Shown piece by piece: positions 8,441-17,604 of a DNA stretch of 64,000 nucleotides. Origin of the DNA: Verrucomicrobiia bacterium (lineage in GTDB: Bacteria; Patescibacteriota; Saccharimonadia; Saccharimonadales; JAGQNK01); NCBI GenBank assembly GCA_035489575.1, contig DATHJY010000011.1:148514-212513 (forward strand). The letters are read 5' to 3'. A program made the position numbers and the translations under genes. The notes under the pieces were generated by a model. It saw nothing but the letters and a program-made list of their open reading frames with translations, had not been told where the DNA came from and did no database searches. The stretch's first letter is position 1. Each line of letters opens with the position of its first letter.

Positions 8441-9666
8441 ACCGATCCTACCTCTGACAAAGCGTGCAGCTTATGATGATGGTGATACCAGTTAGTCAGG
8501 GCGTCAGCCGCACCCTCCCAGCTGAGACGCTGGTATTCGCGGGCAGCGTTAGCCTGCAGCTCGTCCCGCAGGACGTCTTCGCGCACCACTGACACAATCT
8601 GATTGGCCATTTCGTTAATATCCCAAAAGTCTACTTTGAGGCAGTTTTGGAACACTTCGGATATTCCCGACTGTTTACTGACCAGAGATGGCGTGCCGTA
8701 TATGGCTGCTTCGAAAGGGGTAAGTCCAAATGGCTCAGATACCGAGGGCAGGACAAACAGATCGCCGATAGCAAAGCTATCGCGCAAATTCTTGCCCCGC
8801 TGGAAATCTGTAAACAAGACATTTTTGCTGATCCCTAAGTCTGCTGCCAACTCTATGAGTTCCGTGTATTGCTCGCCCGAGCCAACTATCAGGAACAGCG
8901 TCTTTGGTGCGCGTTGGATAACCTCTTTGGCCGCCCTGAGCAGGTTGGGCAAGCCCTTTTGGATGGTCAGACGCCCTACGTTGACCACTACCCGATACCC
9001 TTGGGCCTTCATGGCTGACAGATAGCGATGAGCCGAGTTGTCGTCGAGGGATTGGTACCAGGCCGGATCTATGCTGTTATGCAAGACGTCTATCTTGTCA
9101 GCCGGGATATCATACTCGCGAACAATGGCATCCTTAGTCCACTGGCTGACCGCTATAACCCTATCGGCCAGCAGCATACCCAGAGACTCTATTTCGCGCA
9201 CCAAGGGATTACCGCCGCCCTCTTTGCCAGCCCGATCTGACTCTATAGAGTGGGCATGAACAATCAGCGGCTTGCCACTCTGTTGCTTGGTGCGCAAGGC
9301 TGCCCGAAAAGTCAGCCAGTCATGGGCATGGACAACATCAAAGTCCAGAGAGGGAACCAGTTGGCCCACGGCTGTCTCGTAAGCTTTCTGCTGATCAAAG
9401 ATGGTAAAAAGCTCTTCATGGCCATCTGTAAAAATATAGCGGTAGCTGTCGTAGGCAACACCACTACGCATAATGGCCTCTACTCCCTGAGGGTGAGCTG
9501 GCCGCACCTTCATGAAGTCGACTGCGCTAAAATCGGCAGTGTAGGGCAGAATAAATTCTATATCGACGGCTTTTTTTGAGAGAGACTGGCACAGCTGGTA
9601 GCACGCGACTCCAAGCCCACCACTGTTGTAAGGAGGCAATTCCCACCCCAACATGAGTACTTTCAT
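8437..9666 (-). CDS. GT4/GT5 glycosyltransferase, glycogen-synthase-like
   Basis: MKVLMLGWELPPYNSGGLGV N-terminus. C-terminal EPFGLTPFEAAIYGTP is the GT-B E-x7-E type motif. Confidence 0.8.
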   Translation of the reverse strand: MKVLMLGWELPPYNSGGLGVACYQLCQSLSKKAVDIEFILPYTADFSAVDFMKVRPAHPQGVEAIMRSGVAYDSYRYIFTDGHEELFTIFDQQKAYETAVGQLVPSLDFDVVHAHDWLTFRAALRTKQQSGKPLIVHAHSIESDRAGKEGGGNPLVREIESLGMLLADRVIAVSQWTKDAIVREYDIPADKIDVLHNSIDPAWYQSLDDNSAHRYLSAMKAQGYRVVVNVGRLTIQKGLPNLLRAAKEVIQRAPKTLFLIVGSGEQYTELIELAADLGISKNVLFTDFQRGKNLRDSFAIGDLFVLPSVSEPFGLTPFEAAIYGTPSLVSKQSGISEVFQNCLKVDFWDINEMANQIVSVVREDVLRDELQANAAREYQRLSWEGAADALTNWYHHHHKLHALSEVGSV

Positions 9667-9799
9667 GACCCTCTTTGCTCGTTTTTCCCTTTATTTAATT
9701 CTGATTATAGATACTTTAAGGGCCAAGCACAATCGTTTTTAGAGAGTTTCCACAAACCCCTAGTGGAGTAGCCATAAGGGGTATGTATACACAAAGTTA

Positions 9800-9828
9800 T
9801 TGACATAAGCACAATAATTTGTTATAGT
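9800..9828 (+). promoter_or_regulatory. near-consensus promoter TTGACA-17-TATAGT
   Basis: -35 at 9800-05 and -10 at 9823-28, upstream of the RBS GGAGG and ATG 9852. Confidence 0.65.
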
Positions 9829-9851
9829 ATGTGCATAAGTTTGGAGGAACT

Positions 9852-10553
9852 ATGAAAGTATTACCCTATATTGCTGGATTTGCAGTAGTCGCTACCTCTG
9901 TTGTAGCTATCAACACCGCTTCTGCCAGTGCTATCACTGCTAACAACACCTGTGACATCCCCAAGACGATGCCCGCAGGCGTTAAGCCAGGCGACAAAAT
10001 GGTTGTTTCTGGTAACAAAATCACTGCTACCTTTGAAGTAGTAGGCCAGAACTGTACCACCCCTGTTACACTTGCTGTCTGGAAGTCACCGACCCCTGAT
10101 ACTACACGTATTAACGAACAAGTCCTATTTGGCAGCAAAACATTGCCTGCCGTTGGACCTGGCACGCACACTATCACCATGACCCTGCCTGATGATTGTT
10201 ATTTCCAGGCCGACCTGTTGGTAGGTGATAAAGACAAAGCCCCTGATGGCACCCCTAACTATGCTTATCAGAACGGTCAAATCTTGGCCCAGCATCCGCT
10301 GCGCGACTTTAAGTTCGGTGGCAAAAAGAACTGCCTGGTTCCACCACAACCACCAAAGACCCCTGAGGAACCTAAGTTCCCCGAAGGCGGACAGAAACCA
10401 CAAGTCCAAGCCATACAGACAACCCCTATTGCAGCTACTACACCCGCCGTCCTACCTGAGACCGGTGCCGGTGCAGTTGCCGTTACCTTTGCCGGTGTTT
10501 CGACACTGGGTGGTGCAGTACATGCACTCATCCGTCGCTTCAAGCGCCAGTAA
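9852..10553 (+). CDS. LPXTG cell-wall-anchored surface protein
   Basis: Signal peptide, Pro-rich stalk, LPETG, a hydrophobic segment and an RRFKRQ tail. Start at ATG 9852 with GGAGG upstream (track ORF starts at 9831). Confidence 0.8.
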   Translation: MKVLPYIAGFAVVATSVVAINTASASAITANNTCDIPKTMPAGVKPGDKMVVSGNKITATFEVVGQNCTTPVTLAVWKSPTPDTTRINEQVLFGSKTLPAVGPGTHTITMTLPDDCYFQADLLVGDKDKAPDGTPNYAYQNGQILAQHPLRDFKFGGKKNCLVPPQPPKTPEEPKFPEGGQKPQVQAIQTTPIAATTPAVLPETGAGAVAVTFAGVSTLGGAVHALIRRFKRQ

Positions 10554-10573
10554 ACGGTCCTCCAACACACTTG

Positions 10574-10604
10574 CAACAGCCCCAACCCGGGGCTGTTGTT
10601 TTTT
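10574..10604 (+). terminator. intrinsic terminator
   Basis: CAACAGCCCC/GGGGCTGTTG 10-bp stem with a 5-nt loop, followed by TTTTTT. Confidence 0.8.
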
Positions 10605-10630
10605 GAGCGAGCTCAAGTACACTGTTTGTC

Positions 10631-11176
10631 ATGAAGAACGAAGAACTGATTGTACTCCTAGACGAGCAAGGCAAGCCCATCGGGACAGCTCCCAAGCTGG
10701 CCTCGCATCATGCCAACACCCCTCTGCATGCCGCCTTTTCGTGCTATGTCTTTAACGACAAGGACGAGTTTTTAGTAACCCAGAGAGCACTGTCTAAAAA
10801 GGTCTGGCCTGGCGTCTGGACCAATAGCGTCTGCGGTCATCCCGGACCAGACGAAACGCACCAAGCGGCAATTGAGCGGCGAGCCCATGACGAACTAGGC
10901 GCAACACTCACTGATATACAGGTTATTTTGCCAGACTATCGCTATAAAACACCGGCATTTAACGGCATCGTGGAAAACGAGATATGTCCTGTTTTTACTG
11001 CGCGGCTGAAAGGGGGACTTGCTCCCAACCCAGAGGAAGTAGAGGATTACAGCTGGCTTACCTGGGCTGACTATAAAGCAGACTTGCAATCCCATGGAGA
11101 AAAATATTCCTATTGGGCAAAGGACCAACTAAAGCAGCTCGCAGAAAAGCAGTTGCCACCTCGGCGTTTCTCTTAG
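10631..11176 (+). CDS. idi: isopentenyl-diphosphate delta-isomerase, type 1
   Basis: LVTQRALSKKVWPGVWTNSVCGHPGPDE...RRAHDELG closely follows the E. coli Idi core motif. Confidence 0.88.
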   Translation: MKNEELIVLLDEQGKPIGTAPKLASHHANTPLHAAFSCYVFNDKDEFLVTQRALSKKVWPGVWTNSVCGHPGPDETHQAAIERRAHDELGATLTDIQVILPDYRYKTPAFNGIVENEICPVFTARLKGGLAPNPEEVEDYSWLTWADYKADLQSHGEKYSYWAKDQLKQLAEKQLPPRRFS

Positions 11177-11673
11177 GAAGGCCTGTCAGGACGGCAAACA
11201 GCGGTGTCACTGTCAACAAACGCGCATTCTGCGCCTGCAGCGCCCGTGACAGATGCCACATCCCCATCGGGATCAATTCCAAGACAATTAAAGTCGGCAG
11301 CCCACTCACCGCCCGACAACACCATAAGCTGAGCAGCGACTTGAAGTTCGGTAGCAGTTGGGGGGCGTGGGAGTGAAAGTTGGCCACAATCCAATATAGT
11401 CATAGTGTCGACGCTAGTGTCGCGGGGAGTAACCGCGCCTTGCTCGGTTGGTTCGTTGGGGTTGCCAGCGATGAGCTGTCCTCCACCGTCGGCACAACCT
11501 TTTGCCGCTGGCGCTAGTGCTACGACACCCGCAAACACTATTGCACCGAAAACACGACGACCCCGCTTACGCGTAACGGTGTCTATGCCAGGCTCACCGG
11601 CGTAATCATGATCTCGGCGATAAATTGTCTGATGCAAGAACTTGAGATTTTGGACAGTATTGTGCCTTCGCAT
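11173..11673 (-). CDS. GC-rich hypothetical exported protein or lipoprotein-like
   Basis: Basic n-region and hydrophobic h-region (RKRGRRVFGAIVFAGVVALAPAAKGC). High-GC codons. TATAAT (plus 11683-88) lies downstream of the track start 11691, so ATG 11673 is preferred. Confidence 0.4.
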   Translation of the reverse strand: MRRHNTVQNLKFLHQTIYRRDHDYAGEPGIDTVTRKRGRRVFGAIVFAGVVALAPAAKGCADGGGQLIAGNPNEPTEQGAVTPRDTSVDTMTILDCGQLSLPRPPTATELQVAAQLMVLSGGEWAADFNCLGIDPDGDVASVTGAAGAECAFVDSDTAVCRPDRPS

Positions 11674-11715
11674 AATCGACAAATTATACATAAAAATAGC
11701 TTCTTTGTCATTAAC

Positions 11716-12168
11716 TCATGACCTGTCAAGCGAGCCGCTGGCCCCAGCCTTATAGTCTGCAATGATTTTGGCGTGGTCAAAAGCCAGGTTGTCTGGGATC
11801 TGGTCTAGCGGCACCCATTTGACTTCTTCTATATCATCGCCAGGCCTGGGATCGCCCTGGGTTTCCGCTACGTACGCGACATTGACGGCTTGCTGGGGAT
11901 GCCGGGCCGGGTCACTGTAGACGTTGATTATTCGCCAACTTGTTACTTTCAGCCCCGTTTCCTCAAAGACTTCCCTGACCAGGGCTTCCTCTAGCTTTTC
12001 GCCCCATTCTACATACCCGCCGATGGTAGCCCACTGGCCCTTGCAGGGCTCGGCCCCACGCTTGCCTAGCAAAATCTTTCCGTCACGCACTATGACCGCG
12101 TCTATTGAAAGGCCACGGTTTTTATATCGTCCGCACCGCGGACATGGTTGATCATCTGGTACCGACAT
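11716..12168 (-). CDS. Nudix hydrolase with N-terminal CPRCG zinc-ribbon motif
   Basis: Nudix box GYVEWGEKLEEALVREVFEETGL. Confidence 0.8.
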   Translation of the reverse strand: MSVPDDQPCPRCGRYKNRGLSIDAVIVRDGKILLGKRGAEPCKGQWATIGGYVEWGEKLEEALVREVFEETGLKVTSWRIINVYSDPARHPQQAVNVAYVAETQGDPRPGDDIEEVKWVPLDQIPDNLAFDHAKIIADYKAGASGSLDRS

Positions 12169-12215
12169 ATAAAAATCCTTTTACTGCCCCATTGTAACCT
12201 GTATATAATGCCGGC

Positions 12216-13439
12216 ATGAACAACGCGCGCGCTGCCAAGCACAACGCTCGGTTAGCGCTGAGCGCTCAATTTCTTAGCAATTTTGCGTTTATTTTGCCGA
12301 TTTGGTTGTTATACAGCGTAAACGAATTACACCTGAGTGCCGCTACCGCAACGGTAGTATTCATGTGCGTTTGGTTTACGGGTGGCATCCTAGAAATACC
12401 CACTGGTGCGCTGGCTGATCGGCTGGGCCGTAAGCGCGTATTTATCATAGGCAGCCTGTTGCTGTCTATCTACCCCGTAGCCTACGCACTGGAGCTACCA
12501 CTAATCTTACTTATCCCATGCTGCCTCTTGAGTGGGCTAGGCCAGGCGCTACAGTCTGGTGCGTTGCTGCCCTTGGTACACAAGAGCTACGAAGAGGCAA
12601 AGCTAGGGCAAAAAGCCTACACCGCCTTTATGAGCAATACTCAGATGGCCGGTTTCATCTCTAGGGCTCTGAGCGGGGCTAGCGGTGCCGCACTGTACAG
12701 TTTTCACCCCAAACTAGCGTTTTTTGCTATGTCAGTTGTAGCCATGTTCGGCGCCATATTAGGGTTGTTTTTGCATGATGAAAAAATTACCGAAAAAACA
12801 GCCACTAATCGTGAGCATATTAAGAAAACTATCGCTCTCATGCGACACAATGAAGTCATTCTGTCTCTACTGGTGTCATTTGTACTCTTCAGCCTAATAG
12901 GCGAGGTGATCTGGACAGGGTACCAGTTGTTTTACGAGAATGACGGCCAGAGCGCCTTTACTATTGGGGTGCTTTTCTCGATTGTTGCTGTCTGTTCGGC
13001 AGCAGGCGCCTATGCTATCCGACATCTGTTTGCCAAGCTACATCCACTGCGTCTGATCCAGATGTGGGGGATTGGCATGCTAGTGACAGCAATTCTATTA
13101 AACCAACCCCTTATATGGCTGCGCTTGGTTGCCATTGTCCCTATGGGGATTATGTCTGGAACAGTTATTGGCACCCTGAATAGCGCGGTGCAGCAGGTGG
13201 TAGCCAATCGCTACCACTCTACTGCGCTGTCTGTAGTGAACCTGTTATGGTACGGCACTTATGGCATTGGGTCTGTTTGTGTGGGCGTACTATTTACGAC
13301 TTTTGGCATAGCTACTACCAGAAGTATTTTGCTGGTGTGGGTGAGTGTTGTCAGTGTCGTTGTCCTGGTACGCGCCCGCACGCTCAGTAATCGTGCCAAG
13401 GCATATCGTATTCAGATGCCTGAACTAACCATAGAGTAG
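12216..13439 (+). CDS. MFS transporter
   Basis: About 12 hydrophobic segments. Loop motif GALADRLGRKRV between TM2 and TM3. Confidence 0.8.
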   Translation: MNNARAAKHNARLALSAQFLSNFAFILPIWLLYSVNELHLSAATATVVFMCVWFTGGILEIPTGALADRLGRKRVFIIGSLLLSIYPVAYALELPLILLIPCCLLSGLGQALQSGALLPLVHKSYEEAKLGQKAYTAFMSNTQMAGFISRALSGASGAALYSFHPKLAFFAMSVVAMFGAILGLFLHDEKITEKTATNREHIKKTIALMRHNEVILSLLVSFVLFSLIGEVIWTGYQLFYENDGQSAFTIGVLFSIVAVCSAAGAYAIRHLFAKLHPLRLIQMWGIGMLVTAILLNQPLIWLRLVAIVPMGIMSGTVIGTLNSAVQQVVANRYHSTALSVVNLLWYGTYGIGSVCVGVLFTTFGIATTRSILLVWVSVVSVVVLVRARTLSNRAKAYRIQMPELTIE

Positions 13440-13484
13440 GGCAGATTTCAAAAACTATTGCAATTTTTAATGATATAGTGTACG

Positions 13485-14171
13485 ATGTACACTATGCCAA
13501 TTTATGAACATCAGCGCCAAGAGTGGTCTGAACGCATCCAAACTGGAGCCGAAGGTCTGCCGCTTTACCAGGGTGGCCCTGGCGTAGACTATAGCAACGC
13601 CCCAAACCCCGTCGCTGTAAGCGTAACTATGCTTCACGACCCCACATGGGAGCGAAATGACCTGGGAATGTACACTCTCCGGCCAGAAACCGAAGCGCTC
13701 ATTGCACAGCGAGTGGGCGGCCATGAGCAATTTAGCGCCATAACCGGCTATGCTGATCGCCCCGACGTTCACGACCCTATCACCTTTGCCGCGCTTGAAG
13801 AGGTCGAGGAAGAAGCCAACATGACAGAAGAGGACCGCAGCAAACTAGATATCTATCTGGGGGTGCCGTTTGCTTTGCCACATAAGTATGAAGGCCCTCC
13901 AGACTCCAAAGAAGTTCAAGATTCAAAACTCGACCTGCTCGCACTGATAGGGGTATACACAGACCCGCTCAAACCAACCCTAAAGCCCAACAAGAGTGAA
14001 GTGGCCAGGTTCCAATGGGTAGCCCTGGGAGATATAAAACATACAGTAGATATTAATCCAGGCTACCGTGACCAAACCCTGCCGCACGCACTCGGTGCTT
14101 TGGCAGCATCACAAGAGGAATTGTCCAAAATACTGGGCGTGCAGCCCGGTCCCGACTGGCCAGCTCTTTAG
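13485..14171 (+). CDS. hypothetical protein
   Basis: 228-aa ORF with an acidic EEVEEEANMTEE segment. Only a degenerate Nudix-like pattern, so no functional call. Confidence 0.5.
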   Translation: MYTMPIYEHQRQEWSERIQTGAEGLPLYQGGPGVDYSNAPNPVAVSVTMLHDPTWERNDLGMYTLRPETEALIAQRVGGHEQFSAITGYADRPDVHDPITFAALEEVEEEANMTEEDRSKLDIYLGVPFALPHKYEGPPDSKEVQDSKLDLLALIGVYTDPLKPTLKPNKSEVARFQWVALGDIKHTVDINPGYRDQTLPHALGALAASQEELSKILGVQPGPDWPAL

Positions 14172-14191
14172 GCTTGAATTGCTCAACACGA

Positions 14192-14223
14192 AAGAAACGA
14201 CCCCGGACCAAGGGTCGTTTCTT
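14192..14223. terminator. bidirectional terminator between convergent genes
   Basis: AAGAAACGACCC/GGGTCGTTTCTT perfect 12-bp stem with an 8-nt loop. Confidence 0.7.
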
Positions 14224-14241
14224 GATTTGTTTGGTGGCGCT

Positions 14242-16563
14242 TTAGTCTTTGTTGTAGACGTTAATCTCGTTCATGGACCACCATGAGCCGGGATTGTCTT
14301 CGCTCAGTTCTGTCATGCGGATGTAACGTCCTACAATCCGTTGGTTGAACTGAATGGCGTAGAAGTCGGCGGACGCCACATAGTTGTCAGCTACGGTGGT
14401 AAAGTTCAGGTTATCGTCTGAGACTTCTACGCGTAACTTGTGTGGGCGATCGCCAGGCTGCGAGTAAGCACCCAGGTTATTCATAGACTTCAGCTCGCCA
14501 AGATCTACGGTCAGCCAGTGGCCATAAGTCATTGGGTTGCGAGTGGTCCAACGGGTGCTGTTATTGCTGTCCAAGATATGAGCCGGTACCTCGACATTGT
14601 CAGCATGCACACCGTACGCCTTCCAGGTTGCCTTGCCAGTGACGGGGTTAGGATCACGCGGTGTTTGAGCAAACTTGAACCAGTTTAGTTCTATCAGCTC
14701 ACCACCGCCGGCACCCTTGGCCACAATATACAACGTGTGGCTGCCTGTCGTAGGCGTCACTGTTCCTGTTACGACAGGGGTGGTCGTGGAATCGTTAGGG
14801 CTAAAGGGTACGGTACCCAGCAGTGGACCAGTAGCGCTGTCTTGTCGAAATTCTAGATTGCCACTGCTCAGAGTACGGTAACGGATCTGGAAGCTCAGAG
14901 GCACTGCTGTCAGAGAAACATTGTTAAAGCGAAGCTCTTCGTTGTTAGCCAAGTAGACTGCTTTGCCGGACTTACCAGCGTCGGTGATAGACACGATCTG
15001 CTGGTTGGCAGGGTTAGAGGACGAGTAGTCCTCGGCCTCGAAGTACTTGGTGTCTACGTCTTCGTTGTTGTTGACGGGCATGTCCCACGTAAAGGTTGCC
15101 GCTGCGCCAGCAGGCAAAGTGTAGTGAAAAGCTGCATTGCCTTCGCGGACTACAAGATCACGTGACTGTGTGCCCGAGTTAAGGGCAATCAACGCGCGCT
15201 TGCCGTTGGGATTCTTGAAGGCAACTGTTTCGATAGAACCTTCACCGCAAGTGGTAGAACTAACACGTGTCGCGCCAGAGTCTACAAACTTGCCGTAGTG
15301 GGACAAGACGTAGTATTCGTTGTTAAATGCGACAGTGCCGGCATTGGTAACGGTCATGATACCGCGACAATTCTGGCAGCCAGAGGTCGTGTTGGTCTTT
15401 GGGCCCGCGTTTTCGTCCAGCGCCAAGTTCCAGTAAAGGGAAGAGCGGGAGTAGTTGCGGGCAGGGTTGATGATCATGTTGCGCATACCCCACCTAAAGT
15501 CATCGTCCCATTGTTCTACGGGTGTGTTGCTGCCGGTACACTCAGTCACCTGAATGGACTTGCTTGGGTGGGCCTTTTGCACCAACAGCTGCTTGGTGGA
15601 TTCACCGTTATAGCAATGGAAGGCAGTGCCACTAACATACTGTGCAGCATTCGCATCAGATAGTATGGTCATTGGTGATGCTACGTCTGCCCAGTCTTCG
15701 TCGTGTGCCAAAAGTTTTGGCTTGGCCATGGTAGACGAGTTAACCAACGCACCCAGGTCATCTCGTATCAGCTTTGTCTGGTCAGGAGTAGAGAAGAACA
15801 TGGAGTAGTTGGTTGTGCCAGTTAGTGGCTCGTTCTGAGGCGTGAAGTTGGTTGGCCAGATGCCGTTGGCAGTGTAGCCGTTGATTGCCTTGACCAAGTA
15901 CGTTGCGTACGAACTATACAGCTCTGGTTTTAAGAACCCGAATGTCAGAGGATTCGGGAAGAACGGATTCTTCATCCAGGCCGGTGCCGTCCAGGGCGTA
16001 AAAGTTGTCTTTAGGTTAGGGTTGACCGTCTTTGCGTCTTGCAGACGTGGAATCATGTACTGCGAGTCGTGACTGATCGAGAAATTATTTTGCGGAGCAT
16101 CGCTACCGCCCGGTGGATTATCGTTGTAGGTATATTCGCCCAGAGAGAAGTCGGTCACGCCCCATGGCACGCGGACAATATCTATACCCGCGCCCACCGA
16201 CTTGCTAAAGAGCGCCGGGAAAACCAACCCCCGTTGCGCTGCAGTCAGCTTGGTAGAAAACAGATAAGCCGAGGACTCTGTCATGGTAGCACCCACGCCC
16301 TCCATGGTCTGGAAGGTTTTTGTTGGATCTACGCGTACAGACACCTCGTTTGCGGTGCTTGGTGAGTTAAGCGATATAGGCACATCCGCCTGGGGCTGCA
16401 CCAACTTGGACTGGTCTGGCAGGGTTAGGCTGACCTTGGCCACATAATTGGTTGGCTGCTCTGGTGTCGCGTGTGCCACCGCTGGCAACACGCCAGCACT
16501 CGCCACCGCAAGCAACACGGCAGCGCATAGACCTGCCGAGATTCTACGTAGTTTTCCCCTCAT
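14242..16563 (-). CDS. secreted glycoside hydrolase family 30 with C-terminal carbohydrate-binding modules
   Basis: Signal peptide. GH30-like core (FTPQNEPL, FHCYNG). Then a YFEAEDY CBM6/35-like module and a DSNNSTRWTT F5/8-type-C-like module. Confidence 0.75.
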   Translation of the reverse strand: MRGKLRRISAGLCAAVLLAVASAGVLPAVAHATPEQPTNYVAKVSLTLPDQSKLVQPQADVPISLNSPSTANEVSVRVDPTKTFQTMEGVGATMTESSAYLFSTKLTAAQRGLVFPALFSKSVGAGIDIVRVPWGVTDFSLGEYTYNDNPPGGSDAPQNNFSISHDSQYMIPRLQDAKTVNPNLKTTFTPWTAPAWMKNPFFPNPLTFGFLKPELYSSYATYLVKAINGYTANGIWPTNFTPQNEPLTGTTNYSMFFSTPDQTKLIRDDLGALVNSSTMAKPKLLAHDEDWADVASPMTILSDANAAQYVSGTAFHCYNGESTKQLLVQKAHPSKSIQVTECTGSNTPVEQWDDDFRWGMRNMIINPARNYSRSSLYWNLALDENAGPKTNTTSGCQNCRGIMTVTNAGTVAFNNEYYVLSHYGKFVDSGATRVSSTTCGEGSIETVAFKNPNGKRALIALNSGTQSRDLVVREGNAAFHYTLPAGAAATFTWDMPVNNNEDVDTKYFEAEDYSSSNPANQQIVSITDAGKSGKAVYLANNEELRFNNVSLTAVPLSFQIRYRTLSSGNLEFRQDSATGPLLGTVPFSPNDSTTTPVVTGTVTPTTGSHTLYIVAKGAGGGELIELNWFKFAQTPRDPNPVTGKATWKAYGVHADNVEVPAHILDSNNSTRWTTRNPMTYGHWLTVDLGELKSMNNLGAYSQPGDRPHKLRVEVSDDNLNFTTVADNYVASADFYAIQFNQRIVGRYIRMTELSEDNPGSWWSMNEINVYNKD

Positions 16564-16644
16564 TGATACCCCTAACTTTTAATGATTATTACAGAAGTAA
16601 GTATATGCGGTTTTGTTAAAGCTGTGAATCAGGCCCAAACAGAC

Positions 16645-16684
16645 AGAGCGCGCGTTCTGTTGCCAGAAAACGCGCGCTCTTTTA
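16645..16684. terminator. perfect 12-bp inverted repeat with T-run
   Basis: AGAGCGCGCGTT (16645-56) pairs with AACGCGCGCTCT (16669-80), then TTTT. Lies between ORF 16701..17111 and the GH30 gene. Confidence 0.55.
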
Positions 16685-16700
16685 TACACATGAGTAGGGA

Positions 16701-17111
16701 CTATATGCCCGACAGATTGAAAGTCTTACACCCACCAGTGTCTCGGCAAAGTGTCAACTCGGTCCGGATCAAAACAGTATTTGGAACGGTCGCCTGGTAC
16801 CACCCACCCGCACCAGCTGTGCAGCCACTCATCATACATGTAGCAGAGAATGTCTGAACGCCCCTAATACCGAATGCCGTCACTCGCGTGTGTTCATAGC
16901 AGAACCCGAATGCCGCAGGGTATGCCAAGCTAAACTTTGCATAGGCTGCCGTGTTAAAGTTGCCATGCATAAATCCAACCAGACAGTTCCCATATTGAAA
17001 CTCTTTATAGGTGTTGAGCGGTGGATTTGGGGTTGCACCAACGCGAGCCGGAACGGCCAACAGAACCGCCACCAACACACCCGTGCAAGATGCTATAAGT
17101 TTGCGCTTCAT
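16701..17111 (-). CDS. small secreted Cys-containing protein, hypothetical
   Basis: 136 aa with a signal peptide MKRKLIASCTGVLVAVLLAVPARVGA. No motif recognised. Confidence 0.5.
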   Translation of the reverse strand: MKRKLIASCTGVLVAVLLAVPARVGATPNPPLNTYKEFQYGNCLVGFMHGNFNTAAYAKFSLAYPAAFGFCYEHTRVTAFGIRGVQTFSATCMMSGCTAGAGGWYQATVPNTVLIRTELTLCRDTGGCKTFNLSGI

Positions 17112-17226
17112 ACTACTCTCCTTTTTAGTTAGCCATATGATAAAGCATAAGTACTATAGATTCCCACGATATTTCTCTCACAGCGCATTGGCAATGTGAA
17201 CAATCGGAATGAGGTATCATGACATC

Positions 17227-17595
17227 ATGAAATTATCACACGTCGCTTTTAGGGTACAGAATATAGACGAGGCAATTAGCCATTGGTCCAAGACGGGTTT
17301 TGCCCTAGAGAAACGCTTCAAAAAATCTGACCCAGAGGCCGAAGTAGCCTGGCTACTAGACGAGGCTGGCGGAGGCGTAGAGCTCTGGCAGTACACTGAC
17401 GAAACTCACCCCAAGTCAGCTCACCGAGCGCGGCATATGGCTTTTGTGTCCGAGGATATCCACCAGGATGCTCAGGCCCTGATTGCCGGCGGATTCAAGG
17501 AAACAACACCCTACACAGAAGGAAAGCTCTTCAATTACATGTTCCTGGAGGATGGCTTTGGCATGGCGTTTGAGCTGCTGGAAGAAAAACAGTAG
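17227..17595 (+). CDS. VOC/glyoxalase-family protein
   Basis: MKLSHVAFRVQNIDEAISHW is a typical glyoxalase-fold start. GAGG lies 13 nt upstream of ATG 17227 (track ORF starts at 17209). Confidence 0.7.
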   Translation: MKLSHVAFRVQNIDEAISHWSKTGFALEKRFKKSDPEAEVAWLLDEAGGGVELWQYTDETHPKSAHRARHMAFVSEDIHQDAQALIAGGFKETTPYTEGKLFNYMFLEDGFGMAFELLEEKQ

Positions 17596-17604
17596 ACTCG
17601 CTCC

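Noticed and set aside
13485-14171. Calling ORF 13485 a Nudix hydrolase
   Set aside because: The candidate box (GYADRPDVHDPITFAALEEVEEEAN) lacks the conserved RE..EE..G spacing, so it is left as hypothetical.
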